From a virus (taxonomy: Duplodnaviria > Caudoviricetes), in the IMG/VR virus record IMGVR_UViG_3300048670_001593, positions 1 through 64,000 of that record: a stretch of DNA of 64,000 nt; one strand, written 5' to 3'. Position 1 is the stretch's first letter; each line of letters starts with the position of its first letter. The notes under the pieces are model-generated. The model made no database searches. It worked only from the letters and a program-made list of their open reading frames with translations, and had not been told where the DNA came from. Of the stretch, positions 45,995 through 55,550 are shown piece after piece. The translations under genes and the position numbers were made by a program.

Positions 45995-46323
45995 TCAATC
46001 GCATCTGTCAGGTGCGGAAATTGGATAGGCGGTTTTCCGCCTATCCTTGTTTTCCTTATATGTTGGAATTCAAGCTGGATCTGCGCCTTTCTCCCCATCC
46101 TCGTAGCTCAGTGTCCAAGGACAGTTTCCTCAGCATCCGAGAGTACCTGTGGGAAAATTACGGAGCCAGTAAAGAAATCCGATTCTGGTTGGAAGATCAC
46201 CGCAAATCTGTGACAGACCGCCAGTGCCACAGCCCAGACTGGTGCTGGGACACCGAGCACCACCAATGCAGAATTTATCTGAGCGAGGTGGCGCTGAGTT
46301 ATTGCAGTCTCAGGTGGGCTTGA
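45991..46323 (+). CDS. hypothetical protein (C-terminal Y/F-x-L-R/K-W family)
   Basis: Ends ALSYCSLRWA. Confidence 0.6.
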   Translation: MINRICQVRKLDRRFSAYPCFPYMLEFKLDLRLSPHPRSSVSKDSFLSIREYLWENYGASKEIRFWLEDHRKSVTDRQCHSPDWCWDTEHHQCRIYLSEVALSYCSLRWA

Positions 46324-46482
46324 CAGAACACCCAACCCATAAATATAATGCCACTGTGCGCTAAATTTACAGTAAGTATCTGATGATACAAAAACACATA
46401 CTTTTGATCGATGTTAGACTAGGTAAGGAGGGAATGTGAAGAGAATGGTTGTGTTTTCTAATTAAACGGACAAATAAAAACT

Positions 46483-47481
46483 ATGAAATTATTTATTTTT
46501 GGGGAGACAATAACTAGTAGGTTGAGTGATTCGATTATTAAGGATTACCCGGATGCAATGTTAATAACAGAAGATAACTATGAAACTAAATTTAACATAG
46601 GGTATTCAGGGATAGAGGAATTCTATGACAAGACAAAATTTTTAAAATTGCTATTCTCAGTCAAAGAAATTTTTTATATTTCTGACAACAATGCAACTGG
46701 AGATTTCGATTATCGTAACCCAACAATGAATATGCGAGGTCTGACAGAATATTTTCTACTAATAGTTAAAGAAGAAGGAATAAAAATTAATAATTTTATT
46801 CCACTTGGTACACAGAATGTCATAGAAGATCTTAATGTAATGTTGAGCTTAATTGATTATCGAAAACCAGACAATGGCCCACAACTTTGGTGTGTTGGAT
46901 GTAGTGTAACAGTAGGATATGGTGTTGACCAAACTCAAAGATATAGTAATTTAATTTCTAAAAAACTTAATTTGCCGTTAAACTTATTGGCCCACCACGG
47001 TTCTAGTATACCTTGGGCATCAGATCAGATTCTACGTAGTGATATCAGAAATAATGATCTGGTTATTTGGGGGATTACTACTAAAAATAGAATAAATTAT
47101 TTCCATAATGGAGAAATAATCCATTTACATCCTCTAACGATAAATCATCCAAGCAGAAGAAGTTTGTCAGATGTATCAAAGCATTTGTTAACTGATGAAG
47201 ATTTTCTGTCTTACACAAATCTAACCAGTATTGATCGTGTAGTAAAGTTTTGTAAGAAAATAGGTGCTAAACTATTGCTGGTGGGAATAATGCCTACAGA
47301 TTCCGATTTTCTTTTTTTAAGAAAATTCCAGGAATACTATCATTACCCTTACCCAACACAGAAATTTAAAGATCTTGGCTATGATGGTGGCCACCCAGGA
47401 CCATTACAACATCAAGAATATGCCGAAAAGATATTAAGTTTGCTAGAAAAAAGAAAATTTATAACCCAACCCAAATTGTAA
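46483..47481 (+). CDS. SGNH/GDSL-like hydrolase with N-terminal extension
   Basis: VGCSVTVG ... GSSI ... DGGHPG; very AT-rich (12/60 GC on the line starting 46621). Confidence 0.6.
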   Translation: MKLFIFGETITSRLSDSIIKDYPDAMLITEDNYETKFNIGYSGIEEFYDKTKFLKLLFSVKEIFYISDNNATGDFDYRNPTMNMRGLTEYFLLIVKEEGIKINNFIPLGTQNVIEDLNVMLSLIDYRKPDNGPQLWCVGCSVTVGYGVDQTQRYSNLISKKLNLPLNLLAHHGSSIPWASDQILRSDIRNNDLVIWGITTKNRINYFHNGEIIHLHPLTINHPSRRSLSDVSKHLLTDEDFLSYTNLTSIDRVVKFCKKIGAKLLLVGIMPTDSDFLFLRKFQEYYHYPYPTQKFKDLGYDGGHPGPLQHQEYAEKILSLLEKRKFITQPKL

Positions 47482-47567
47482 TTGTTTTAGCCCGCCTGTT
47501 GTTTTTTTAAAACGAAACAACTAGTATCTTTTAAATTAATGGTCAAAAAATTAGTTAAGAGTTGATA

Positions 47568-47596
47568 TTGACTTTTGGTCAGTGTTATGGTATAAT
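47568..47596 (+). promoter_or_regulatory. sigma70 promoter
   Basis: TTGACT-17-TATAAT. Confidence 0.75.
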
Positions 47597-47622
47597 ACCC
47601 AAACTAACACTAAGGAGTTGTT

Positions 47623-48891
47623 ATGAGTACTGCTACTACCACCCAGAACCAAGAACACAAGAGTCTGGTGGGTATCAAAACTGATCCCCGAATTGATGCA
47701 CAATCCCGAGAAAAATTGATCAGCGCACGGATTGCACTGTTGCTCAAGGCACCGTTTTTCGGTAATCTGGCCACTCGCCTAAAATTAATTAACGCTGACG
47801 AGTGGTGTGGCACTGCTGCCACCGACGGTCGAAATTTTTACTACAACAGTGAATTTATCGGTGGCCTGCCGCAGCGGCAGATTGAATTCCTGTTTGGTCA
47901 CGAAGTCCTGCATGTGGTCTACGATCACATGGCACGACGCGAAGATCGTGATCCCATGCTCAGCAACGTGGCTGCTGACTATTGTGTCAACGCCGACTTG
48001 CTGGAACAGAAGATTGGCGAAAAGATTCCCGTGGGACTATACAATACCAAGTATGTGGGCTGGAGTTACGAACAGGTCTACGACGATCTCTACGAAAATG
48101 CTGAAAAGATTGATCTGGGTGAGCTGGGCAAGATGATCCTGGACATGCATCTGGACGGTGAAGATGGCGAGGGTGATGGCGACAGTCAGGGAGAGGGTCA
48201 GGGTTCCGGACGTCCCAGATTGTCTGACGAAGAACGCAAGCAGATCCGTGACGAAATCAAAGAAGCCATGATCAGTGCTGCGCAGACCGCAGGTGCTGGC
48301 AATGTTCCTGCTGGTGTGCGCCGCATGATCAAGAATCTGACCAGTCCGCAACTCAGTTGGCGTGAGCTGCTGCCGCAGCAGGTTCAGAGTGTCATCAAGT
48401 ATGACTACACCTGGAATCGTTCCAGCCGAAAAGGCTGGCACACTGAAGCAGTGATGCCTGGCAGCAACTACGATCAGGACATCGATATTTGTGTCAGTAT
48501 CGATGCGTCTGGCAGCATGACTGACGAAATGCTCAAAGACATTGTCAGCGAAATCAAGGGCATCATGGACAGTTTTCAGAACTTCCGTCTGCATCTCTGG
48601 AGCTTTGACACTCAGGTCTACAATGCTCAGGTGTTTACTCCGGACAATCTGGAAGACATTCTGGAATACGATCTGCAGGGTGGTGGTGGCACCACATTTG
48701 AATGCAATTGGGAATACATGCTGGAGCATGACATTCAGCCCAAGTTCTTTGTGATGTTCACTGACGGGTATCCCAATAGCAGCTGGGGTGATGAGAACTA
48801 CTGCGACACCATGTTTGTGATTCATGGCAGCACCAGTATTCAGGCACCGTTTGGCATCACCACCTATTATGAACTGGGCAAGAAGCAGTAA
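47623..48891 (+). CDS. metallopeptidase-like (HExxH) + VWA domain protein (DUF2201-like), MoxR partner
   Basis: 'TAATDG', 'HEVLH', MIDAS 'DASGSM', 'GGGGT', 'FTDG'. Confidence 0.85.
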   Translation: MSTATTTQNQEHKSLVGIKTDPRIDAQSREKLISARIALLLKAPFFGNLATRLKLINADEWCGTAATDGRNFYYNSEFIGGLPQRQIEFLFGHEVLHVVYDHMARREDRDPMLSNVAADYCVNADLLEQKIGEKIPVGLYNTKYVGWSYEQVYDDLYENAEKIDLGELGKMILDMHLDGEDGEGDGDSQGEGQGSGRPRLSDEERKQIRDEIKEAMISAAQTAGAGNVPAGVRRMIKNLTSPQLSWRELLPQQVQSVIKYDYTWNRSSRKGWHTEAVMPGSNYDQDIDICVSIDASGSMTDEMLKDIVSEIKGIMDSFQNFRLHLWSFDTQVYNAQVFTPDNLEDILEYDLQGGGGTTFECNWEYMLEHDIQPKFFVMFTDGYPNSSWGDENYCDTMFVIHGSTSIQAPFGITTYYELGKKQ

Positions 48892-48905
48892 ACGGAGGCA
48901 TTAAA

Positions 48906-49181
48906 ATGATCAATCTAAAATGTAATCTTCGCAATCCCTGGTGGAAAGATGAATTTCTTCCCCAAGTATCCCATTGGGGTGTCGCACCCTGGCCCAACAT
49001 GTGCTGGGAACTGGAAGTCCACAAAACTTCTGACATTATTGATCTGGATCTGGCAATCACCTGGCGACAAAGTCACGCCGGAGTTTATCTTAGTCTGGGC
49101 CTGCTGGGACATGCAGTGAGTTTTTCTGTGTATGATTGCAGACACTGGGACTCAGATCTGGGAACCTGGCAGGAGTTCTGA
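48906..49181 (+). CDS. hypothetical protein
   Basis: RBS GGAGG. Confidence 0.65.
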   Translation: MINLKCNLRNPWWKDEFLPQVSHWGVAPWPNMCWELEVHKTSDIIDLDLAITWRQSHAGVYLSLGLLGHAVSFSVYDCRHWDSDLGTWQEF

Positions 49182-49184
49182 ACG

Positions 49185-49415
49185 ATGAACGAACGATTGG
49201 CTCAACTTAAAACCGCTGCCGAAAATGTCACTGTTCGTAGCCCCGAACAGTTTGCTGAAGTATTTGGCAGGCTCATGCTGAATGATCTGGTTAAGACTCT
49301 GGAAGATATTGAGAACAACGAATTTGGTGAAGTTAAATGGAACATGGACACTCATCTGGGCTGGCAAATAGCTCTGACAGAAGTCAAAACCAAATTGCAG
49401 AAATACTTCAAATAA
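49185..49415 (+). CDS. hypothetical protein
   Basis: RBS AGGAG. Confidence 0.6.
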   Translation: MNERLAQLKTAAENVTVRSPEQFAEVFGRLMLNDLVKTLEDIENNEFGEVKWNMDTHLGWQIALTEVKTKLQKYFK

Positions 49416-49422
49416 CTTCACG

Positions 49423-49635
49423 ATGAGCACTGCCGAACAGACCAAATATCCCTATTCCGTACCCACTGCATATTCATTATCAGTAGACGCCTATGTCTGG
49501 CTCAAGAACAATGGTATCGAACACCGGATTGAATATCAGATTGACCCCGCCACCGAAGTAGATGAAGTTCTGCATTCAGTTGTGCATTTCGCCAGACAGC
49601 AGGATGCCACCTGGTTTGCGTTGAAATGGTCATGA
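49423..49635 (+). CDS. hypothetical protein (C-terminal F-x-L-K-W family)
   Basis: Ends DATWFALKWS. Confidence 0.65.
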   Translation: MSTAEQTKYPYSVPTAYSLSVDAYVWLKNNGIEHRIEYQIDPATEVDEVLHSVVHFARQQDATWFALKWS

Positions 49636-49859
49636 ACACCGACATACTGGCCGATTGGAAAAACTCCAGATTTGTGTTGGCGGACCCTGCATTGGGCGAC
49701 GCTGAATTTACCATGGTTCTGACTGACCTGGAATTCTGGATTGGCAACTATGAAGAGTTAACCAACTGGTGTCTGGCACATGGCGGCGACGTTCATGGCA
49801 TGACCGTGGACTTTGCTGACGAAAAAACTTTGAGTTTGTTTGTATTGAGGTGGTCATGA
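49632..49859 (+). CDS. hypothetical protein (C-terminal F-x-L-R-W family)
   Basis: ATGA coupling; ends LSLFVLRWS. Confidence 0.65.
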   Translation: MNTDILADWKNSRFVLADPALGDAEFTMVLTDLEFWIGNYEELTNWCLAHGGDVHGMTVDFADEKTLSLFVLRWS

Positions 49860-49972
49860 ATTTTTTTCACGAAGAACGTCTGGGCAAATTGTTGATTAGT
49901 GCCACAATTCTGTTGCTGTCTGGTCACGTGATCTGGGCGCTGGTCAGATACCTGATTGAGTGTGAGTGCTGA
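49856..49972 (+). CDS. 38-aa membrane peptide (not in ORF track)
   Basis: ATGA coupling; one hydrophobic segment. Confidence 0.45.
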   Translation: MNFFHEERLGKLLISATILLLSGHVIWALVRYLIECEC

Positions 49973-49985
49973 GAGTAAATAACAA

Positions 49986-50276
49986 ATGTTAAAAAACGGC
50001 CAACCCAATCCCCTAAATGTGCACAATCTCAGACAGTTGGATTGGTGCCCACCACATTTTACCAGCGTGATCATTGACAACACCATTCCACAAAAAACCC
50101 TGAGTGACTGGTTATACGAAAATTTATCTGGCAGATTCTATCTGGGCCCCATTGATGTAGATGCCACTGGAGAAAATGCAAAAAAATTTGCTGTCCGAAA
50201 AACTCAGATTGCATTTGAAATTCCCAACGAGGCCAGTTATTTCGGTCTGTTTTTGCCCAATCTATTAAAAAACTGA
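49986..50276 (+). CDS. hypothetical protein
   Basis: Ends FEIPNEASYFGLFL, similar to the small-protein family. Confidence 0.65.
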   Translation: MLKNGQPNPLNVHNLRQLDWCPPHFTSVIIDNTIPQKTLSDWLYENLSGRFYLGPIDVDATGENAKKFAVRKTQIAFEIPNEASYFGLFLPNLLKN

Positions 50277-50355
50277 CATTTAATTAAAAATTTTTCAACC
50301 ATTATAATAGTTGTTAAATAAATTTATACGTCACAATTTATCAAGGAGACTTACG

Positions 50356-50682
50356 ATGACTATCGAATCTAATGAAGTTGGCAACAGCCCAGAAGTTCAA
50401 ACAACCGATACCCCACCACAAAATCTGAATCAGGCATTGACTCTGAATGACCTGATCCTGATGGGCAACATTATTCAAGTGACCACCCAACGCGGTGCAT
50501 TCAAGGCTGAAGAAATGGCCACCATTGGTGAACTATACAACAAGCTGGTCAAATTCCTGGAAGGCGCTGGCGCTGTGACCAGAACAGAAGCTGCACCAGA
50601 ACCAGAGACCGAAGCAACTGCTGAACAAGCACCAGCCGAAGAAGTGGTCGCTGAAGCAGCACCCACCGACACCGAGAACTAA
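50356..50682 (+). CDS. hypothetical acidic protein
   Basis: RBS AAGGAG before the ATG at 50356. Confidence 0.7.
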   Translation: MTIESNEVGNSPEVQTTDTPPQNLNQALTLNDLILMGNIIQVTTQRGAFKAEEMATIGELYNKLVKFLEGAGAVTRTEAAPEPETEATAEQAPAEEVVAEAAPTDTEN

Positions 50683-50683
50683 A

Positions 50684-51400
50684 ATGATCAAACATATCGG
50701 AAGGCACGGTGAAAGAAAGATCGTGGTGGTCTTCAACACAGTGCCCAGTGAAGATCACATGGCATTGGTGGCCTATAGTGATAGTCTGCCATCCATGATG
50801 CACGACGAAGTCATGAAGGTCCTGGAAAGCCCTGCTGGTCAGACTGCCAAGGACCTGGCCGAAGCTCTGCACAGAAACATCATGCCAGACGGCACCAATA
50901 CTCTGACTGGCCTGCACACTGGTGGGTATCTGAAAAAGGTGCAGACCAAGCAGATCATCCTGACTCCCAATGCCAAGACCACGGTGAGACTGGATGAATT
51001 AAATAAGATTCTGGCTGAGATGGCACAGGGTCAAGAGGCGGTCAAACGCATGGCTGATATTGACGCCGGGCGCGGGTTTGCTGATCCCTCCAAGAACTCT
51101 GCCAGTACCACCAGCAGAGACGTGGGCGATCCTGTGATCGCTGAGAAGCCTGCTGCAGCAACCACATCTGGAGTATTGACAGACGCTGACTTGGCTAAAA
51201 TCAATCTGGATCAGGCCCGGCAACTGGAAGCACAAGCCAAATCATTGCGAGCTGAAGCTCAGAGACTCAGAGCAGAAGCCCAGCAATTTATGCCAGCCAA
51301 ACCAGCACCCGCAGTTAAGAAAACTGTGACTAAGAAGGCACCGGCAGCAGCCACAAAGAAAGTGTCCAATGTCAGAGCAACCAAAAAAACCACGGCGTAA
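50684..51400 (+). CDS. hypothetical protein with coiled coil and K/A/P-rich tail
   Basis: Clean ORF; basic low-complexity C-terminus. Confidence 0.7.
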   Translation: MIKHIGRHGERKIVVVFNTVPSEDHMALVAYSDSLPSMMHDEVMKVLESPAGQTAKDLAEALHRNIMPDGTNTLTGLHTGGYLKKVQTKQIILTPNAKTTVRLDELNKILAEMAQGQEAVKRMADIDAGRGFADPSKNSASTTSRDVGDPVIAEKPAAATTSGVLTDADLAKINLDQARQLEAQAKSLRAEAQRLRAEAQQFMPAKPAPAVKKTVTKKAPAAATKKVSNVRATKKTTA

Positions 51401-51710
51401 AAAGGCAAAAAAACTCGTCTTAAACAAAAGAAAGAGTTGGCAAGAAATTGTTAATAGCGTTGAAAAGAATGAAATTCCCGTCAGCATACTTCAACAGATT
51501 TCAGTTGAATTAGTTGACGGGACTGAAGTTACCATCAATGTCAAAGAACTTATCCTGGAAGGTTACGATCCTCACGATATCCAAAATTTGCTGGATGAAA
51601 AATTTACTCAACTGGACGAATACATTCAGAATGTGGATTTTTTCGTGGATATCGATGCTGTGGTGGACACCGTTCAACCCGAGACTGACCGAGTATTAAA
51701 GAATCTATGA
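51369..51710 (+). CDS. hypothetical protein
   Basis: ORF coupled to DHFR (ATGA). Confidence 0.65.
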   Translation: MSEQPKKPRRKKAKKLVLNKRKSWQEIVNSVEKNEIPVSILQQISVELVDGTEVTINVKELILEGYDPHDIQNLLDEKFTQLDEYIQNVDFFVDIDAVVDTVQPETDRVLKNL

Positions 51711-52222
51711 TCGCAGCAATTTTAGCAGCCACACCCACAGGTGGTATTGGTTTCAATGGTACCTTGCCCTGGCCCAAAAACTCTGAAGATCTGAAATGGT
51801 TCAAACACCACACTGAAAATCAGATTGTCATCATGGGCCGCAATACCTGGGAAGATCCTGCAATGCCAAAACCCTTGCCCAACAGAATCAATTATTTGGT
51901 CAGTTCTGTCCTGCCAGAGACCAAATATCGTGGGTTAATCAAATGGATTCCTGGAAATCCTGTGGAAAATATTCTGAAAATAAGTCAGGAGCATCCTGAC
52001 AAAACAGTGTTCATAATTGGTGGCCAACAATTGTTTGAGTCATGTGAGCCCATCATTGAACGAATCTATTTTACCAGAATCAAAAACAACTATCGAACTG
52101 ACGTCAGGCTTAATTTATCTAATTGGATGTCTGAATTTCAATGCAGATCAGTCCGACCTGCCACTGATTGCACCTACGAAGTCTGGGAAAGAATCAAGCC
52201 CAACTCCCAGACATCAGACTGA
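51707..52222 (+). CDS. folA: dihydrofolate reductase
   Basis: 'GIG..G.LPW...EDLKWFK', 'VIMGRNTW', 'PLPNR.N', 'FIIGG'. Confidence 0.95.
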   Translation: MIAAILAATPTGGIGFNGTLPWPKNSEDLKWFKHHTENQIVIMGRNTWEDPAMPKPLPNRINYLVSSVLPETKYRGLIKWIPGNPVENILKISQEHPDKTVFIIGGQQLFESCEPIIERIYFTRIKNNYRTDVRLNLSNWMSEFQCRSVRPATDCTYEVWERIKPNSQTSD

Positions 52223-52242
52223 AAATCCTGTATAATTATTAA

Positions 52243-53073
52243 ATGAAAACTTATCTGGACGCGCTCCAACATGTGCTAACACACGGGGAAGCACGAGATG
52301 ACCGCACTGGTGTTGGCACCATTGGTACATTTGGTCTACAAATGCGTTACGACCTCCGACAGGGGTTTCCAGCAGTAACTACCAAAAAATTGGCTTTCCG
52401 AAGCTGTGCGGCTGAGTTGCTGTGGTTTCTGGAAGGCAGCAATGATGAGCGTCGACTGGCAGAGATCACCCACGGCACCAGAGAAGGTGTCGCCACCATC
52501 TGGACTCCCAACTCCCTGGCGCCTTACTGGCGACCCCGAGCCAAATTCACCGGAGACGTGGGACGCATCTACGGTGTGCAGTGGAGAGATTTTGGTGGTG
52601 TGGATCAAATTGCAGAATTGATTCAGGGCATCAAACAGGATCCTCTGAGCCGCAGGCACATATTGACAGCCTGGAATCCCCCCGAGATTGACGACATGGC
52701 CCTGCCTCCCTGCCATGTCATGGCCCAGTTCTATGTCACTCGAGACTGGAGACTCAGTTGTCAATTATATCAGCGCAGTTCTGACATGTTCTTGGGCGCT
52801 CCATTTAATATTGCCAGTTACAGTCTGTTGACTCATATGATTGCACAGGTGTGTGATCTGGGAGTGGGAGAGTTCATACACTGCATAGGCGATGCGCACA
52901 TTTATACCAACCACCTGAATCAGGTTCAGGAGCAACTGTCCAGATCTCCCCTACCACTACCCAAATTGTATCTGAACCCTGGCATCAATGACATATTCCA
53001 ATTTACACTAGAAGACATCAGTCTGGAGAACTATGAACACCATGGACCAATTGTCGCAGCAATGGCAGTCTAA
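52243..53073 (+). CDS. thyA: thymidylate synthase
   Basis: 'YGVQWR', 'MALPPCH', 'QRSSDMFLGAPFNIASY', 'DAHIY'. Confidence 0.97.
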   Translation: MKTYLDALQHVLTHGEARDDRTGVGTIGTFGLQMRYDLRQGFPAVTTKKLAFRSCAAELLWFLEGSNDERRLAEITHGTREGVATIWTPNSLAPYWRPRAKFTGDVGRIYGVQWRDFGGVDQIAELIQGIKQDPLSRRHILTAWNPPEIDDMALPPCHVMAQFYVTRDWRLSCQLYQRSSDMFLGAPFNIASYSLLTHMIAQVCDLGVGEFIHCIGDAHIYTNHLNQVQEQLSRSPLPLPKLYLNPGINDIFQFTLEDISLENYEHHGPIVAAMAV

Positions 53074-53335
53074 CGAAACCCATCACAGACGTCGTGTGAT
53101 ATTCTACACTGCCAAACTGCATTTTGAAGAAACCCTGAAGATGAACACCAATCAATTATTCTGGGAAGCAGCTAGACATTTTAAAGACACCAGAGAATAT
53201 GCCTGGGTGGAAGACAATGCGGTGGCCTTGCAATGGGCCGAAGACAGCAATGTGCTGGCCTGGCACAAGCAGGTGGTGTTTTACGGTGATCTTACAGAAA
53301 GACAATACATTGACTATGCTCTGAGATTTCTGTAA
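53033..53335 (+). CDS. hypothetical protein
   Basis: Ends YIDYALRF; start uncertain. Confidence 0.55.
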   Translation: MNTMDQLSQQWQSNETHHRRRVIFYTAKLHFEETLKMNTNQLFWEAARHFKDTREYAWVEDNAVALQWAEDSNVLAWHKQVVFYGDLTERQYIDYALRFL

Positions 53336-53346
53336 TATATACTATT

Positions 53347-53508
53347 ATGAAAAAATATACTGTGGAACTCATTGAAGATGGCGAAGATCTGGTGTTGCCA
53401 TTACCAGAAGAAATTATGACAGAACTGGGTTGGAACATGGATGATGTTCTTATCTGGACTGACAATAAAAATGGCACCTGGTCGCTGACTAAAAAGGCAG
53501 AAGAATGA
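53347..53508 (+). CDS. small AbrB/SpoVT-like protein (not in ORF track)
   Basis: MKKYTVELIEDGEDLVLPLPEEIMTELGWNMDDVLIW...; coupled to the next gene. Confidence 0.55.
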   Translation: MKKYTVELIEDGEDLVLPLPEEIMTELGWNMDDVLIWTDNKNGTWSLTKKAEE

Positions 53509-54164
53509 AAGTTTACTTGAGCAAATATCGCGATCACTGGATTAGCCCCTACACCATCTGTGAACATGTTTGCTGGTGGCGTGAAATCGACTATGATGAG
53601 CCCTGGGTAAAAACTGCAAACAGAATTCTGGAGCCTGTGTGTGAAGTTCTACGAAAGATTCTGGACTGGGCACACCCTGAGATTCGCTATGTAAAAATTG
53701 ATCGCTGGGACACCTGGAACATGGACAGCGCACTGACTCCCATTATCCTGCCCATGCTCAAGCAACTGCAATCAACCAAGCAGGGATCACCCTGGGTGGC
53801 AGATGAAGACGTGCCAGAACATCTGCGTTCAAGTGCAGCACCTCCCAAAGCCGACGAATGGGACACTGACGAACTGTGGCATGATCGCTGGACCTGGGTG
53901 CTGGAGCAGATGATCTGGAGTTTTGAACAACTCAACTCAGATTGGGAAGCACAGTTTCATTCTGGTGAACACGACTTCTATTGGGAAAAGACTGGAGAAA
54001 CTTCATTTAATTCCATTACCAATAAAATGGAAGGCATTAGTGAAATGAAACATGGTCCCAATCATACTGCCCGATTTGATGCAGAAGGTTATCGCACCCA
54101 CAGTGATCGAATTGATCTGGGCCTGCGTTTATTCGGTAAATATTTCCGAGCATTGTGGAACTAA
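53505..54164 (+). CDS. Trp-rich hypothetical phage protein
   Basis: 219-aa ORF, ATGA coupling. Confidence 0.7.
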   Translation: MKVYLSKYRDHWISPYTICEHVCWWREIDYDEPWVKTANRILEPVCEVLRKILDWAHPEIRYVKIDRWDTWNMDSALTPIILPMLKQLQSTKQGSPWVADEDVPEHLRSSAAPPKADEWDTDELWHDRWTWVLEQMIWSFEQLNSDWEAQFHSGEHDFYWEKTGETSFNSITNKMEGISEMKHGPNHTARFDAEGYRTHSDRIDLGLRLFGKYFRALWN

Positions 54165-54427
54165 TGAAAATTCTTGTGCATACTGTTAACATAGGTGATG
54201 TTGAAGATCCTGAAATTTACGCTGCGGAACCCCTGTATAACTGGGAACACACAGAGCAAGGACAATGGTTGCAGGCAAACAGTTATCAAGAGATGTGTTA
54301 TACAATAAAAGATGATCCCAGAATCTGGGGGCATCGGGTCTATGTCTGGGCGTGGTTAAAAAATCAAGAATTGACTTATTATACATTACGATGGGGCGAT
54401 ACCCTATCGCATAATACAACAGGGTAA
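54164..54427 (+). CDS. hypothetical protein (C-terminal Y-x-L-R-W family)
   Basis: TAATG coupling; 'LTYYTLRWG'. Confidence 0.65.
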   Translation: MKILVHTVNIGDVEDPEIYAAEPLYNWEHTEQGQWLQANSYQEMCYTIKDDPRIWGHRVYVWAWLKNQELTYYTLRWGDTLSHNTTG

Positions 54428-54432
54428 AGACC

Positions 54433-54591
54433 ATGAGTAAACTTACAGATTTAATGAAGTCAGCATTGGATAAAAAACAATCAAGTGATCACGGCACAAC
54501 TAAGGTAAACAAAAACACCAAGGGAAAGGTCTCCGGCAGCCAGGTCAGCATCAACAAACCAGCAAAGAAATCTGCAGGTCGAGGTCGATGA
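54433..54591 (+). CDS. 52-aa basic protein (not in ORF track)
   Basis: K-rich; ATGA overlap with the epimerase gene. Confidence 0.55.
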   Translation: MSKLTDLMKSALDKKQSSDHGTTKVNKNTKGKVSGSQVSINKPAKKSAGRGR

Positions 54592-55550
54592 AGTTTCTGG
54601 TGACCGGTGGAGCCGGTTTCATTGGTCACAATGTTGTCCGGATACTGGAATCTCAACAACACCAATGCGTGATTGTTGACAATCAGACCGACTACGGCAT
54701 ATTAAATGCTCGGGAATTGGCATACTTGTCTGAACATCGACTGAGCCAGGTCGCTGCCAGACACTGTAATGTAGATATCCGAGACTGTGTGGCTATTCAG
54801 CATCTGATGGCAGATTTTAAACCAGATGTTGTCATACACCTGGCCAGTTTTCCCAGACAGAAAGCTGCAGAAAAAAATCCTCGAATAGCCAGTGAGGTCA
54901 TGATCGCTGGGCTAACCAATCTGTTGGAAAGTGCCCGACACCACAACGTAAAAAAGTTTGTGTATATCAGTAGTTCCATGGTCTACGGTGACTTTGCTTC
55001 AGGAACCCATGAACTGGCGCTTTGTCAGCCTCAGGGCAGTTACGGTATATTGAAACTCGCAGGCGAGTGGCTGGTACAGGATTACCATCGCCTGGGTTTT
55101 TTCGACCACACCATTGTCAGACCCAGTGCAGTTTATGGAGAATGGGACGTGGAAGATCGAGTCATAAGTAAGTTTATAACTCGTGCGCTGCGTGGTGAGC
55201 CCATCACAGTTCACGGGGCCAGTGAAGTCCTGGATTTTACTCATGTGTCTGACACCGCACAGGGCATAACACTGGCAGCCACCAGTGATCGGAGTAGTGG
55301 TAAAATCTATAACATCACCAGATCAGCTGATCAGGAATCCACATTGCTTGATGCAGCAAAATTGATTGTAGACATCGCAGGTCAGGGTGAAATTGTAGTG
55401 GCAGATCGTGATGCCAGGTTCCCACGTCGAGGACATCTGGATATCACCCAGGCCCGAGCTGATCTAGGGTACGATCCCAAAGTTGATATTACAGAAGGTT
55501 TTACCAGATATTATGAGTGGTATAAAGAAAATCCCCTTCTTTGGTCTTGA
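54588..55550 (+). CDS. NAD-dependent nucleotide-sugar epimerase/dehydratase (extended SDR)
   Basis: TGGAGFIG, 'SSSMVYG', YGILK, 'RPSAVYG', 'DFTHVSD'. Confidence 0.92.
   Translation: MKFLVTGGAGFIGHNVVRILESQQHQCVIVDNQTDYGILNARELAYLSEHRLSQVAARHCNVDIRDCVAIQHLMADFKPDVVIHLASFPRQKAAEKNPRIASEVMIAGLTNLLESARHHNVKKFVYISSSMVYGDFASGTHELALCQPQGSYGILKLAGEWLVQDYHRLGFFDHTIVRPSAVYGEWDVEDRVISKFITRALRGEPITVHGASEVLDFTHVSDTAQGITLAATSDRSSGKIYNITRSADQESTLLDAAKLIVDIAGQGEIVVADRDARFPRRGHLDITQARADLGYDPKVDITEGFTRYYEWYKENPLLWS

Noticed and set aside
52243-53073. ThyA homologue as a dCMP hydroxymethylase (hmC modification)
   Set aside because: It retains the PFN asparagine of dUMP-specific synthases and is paired with DHFR.
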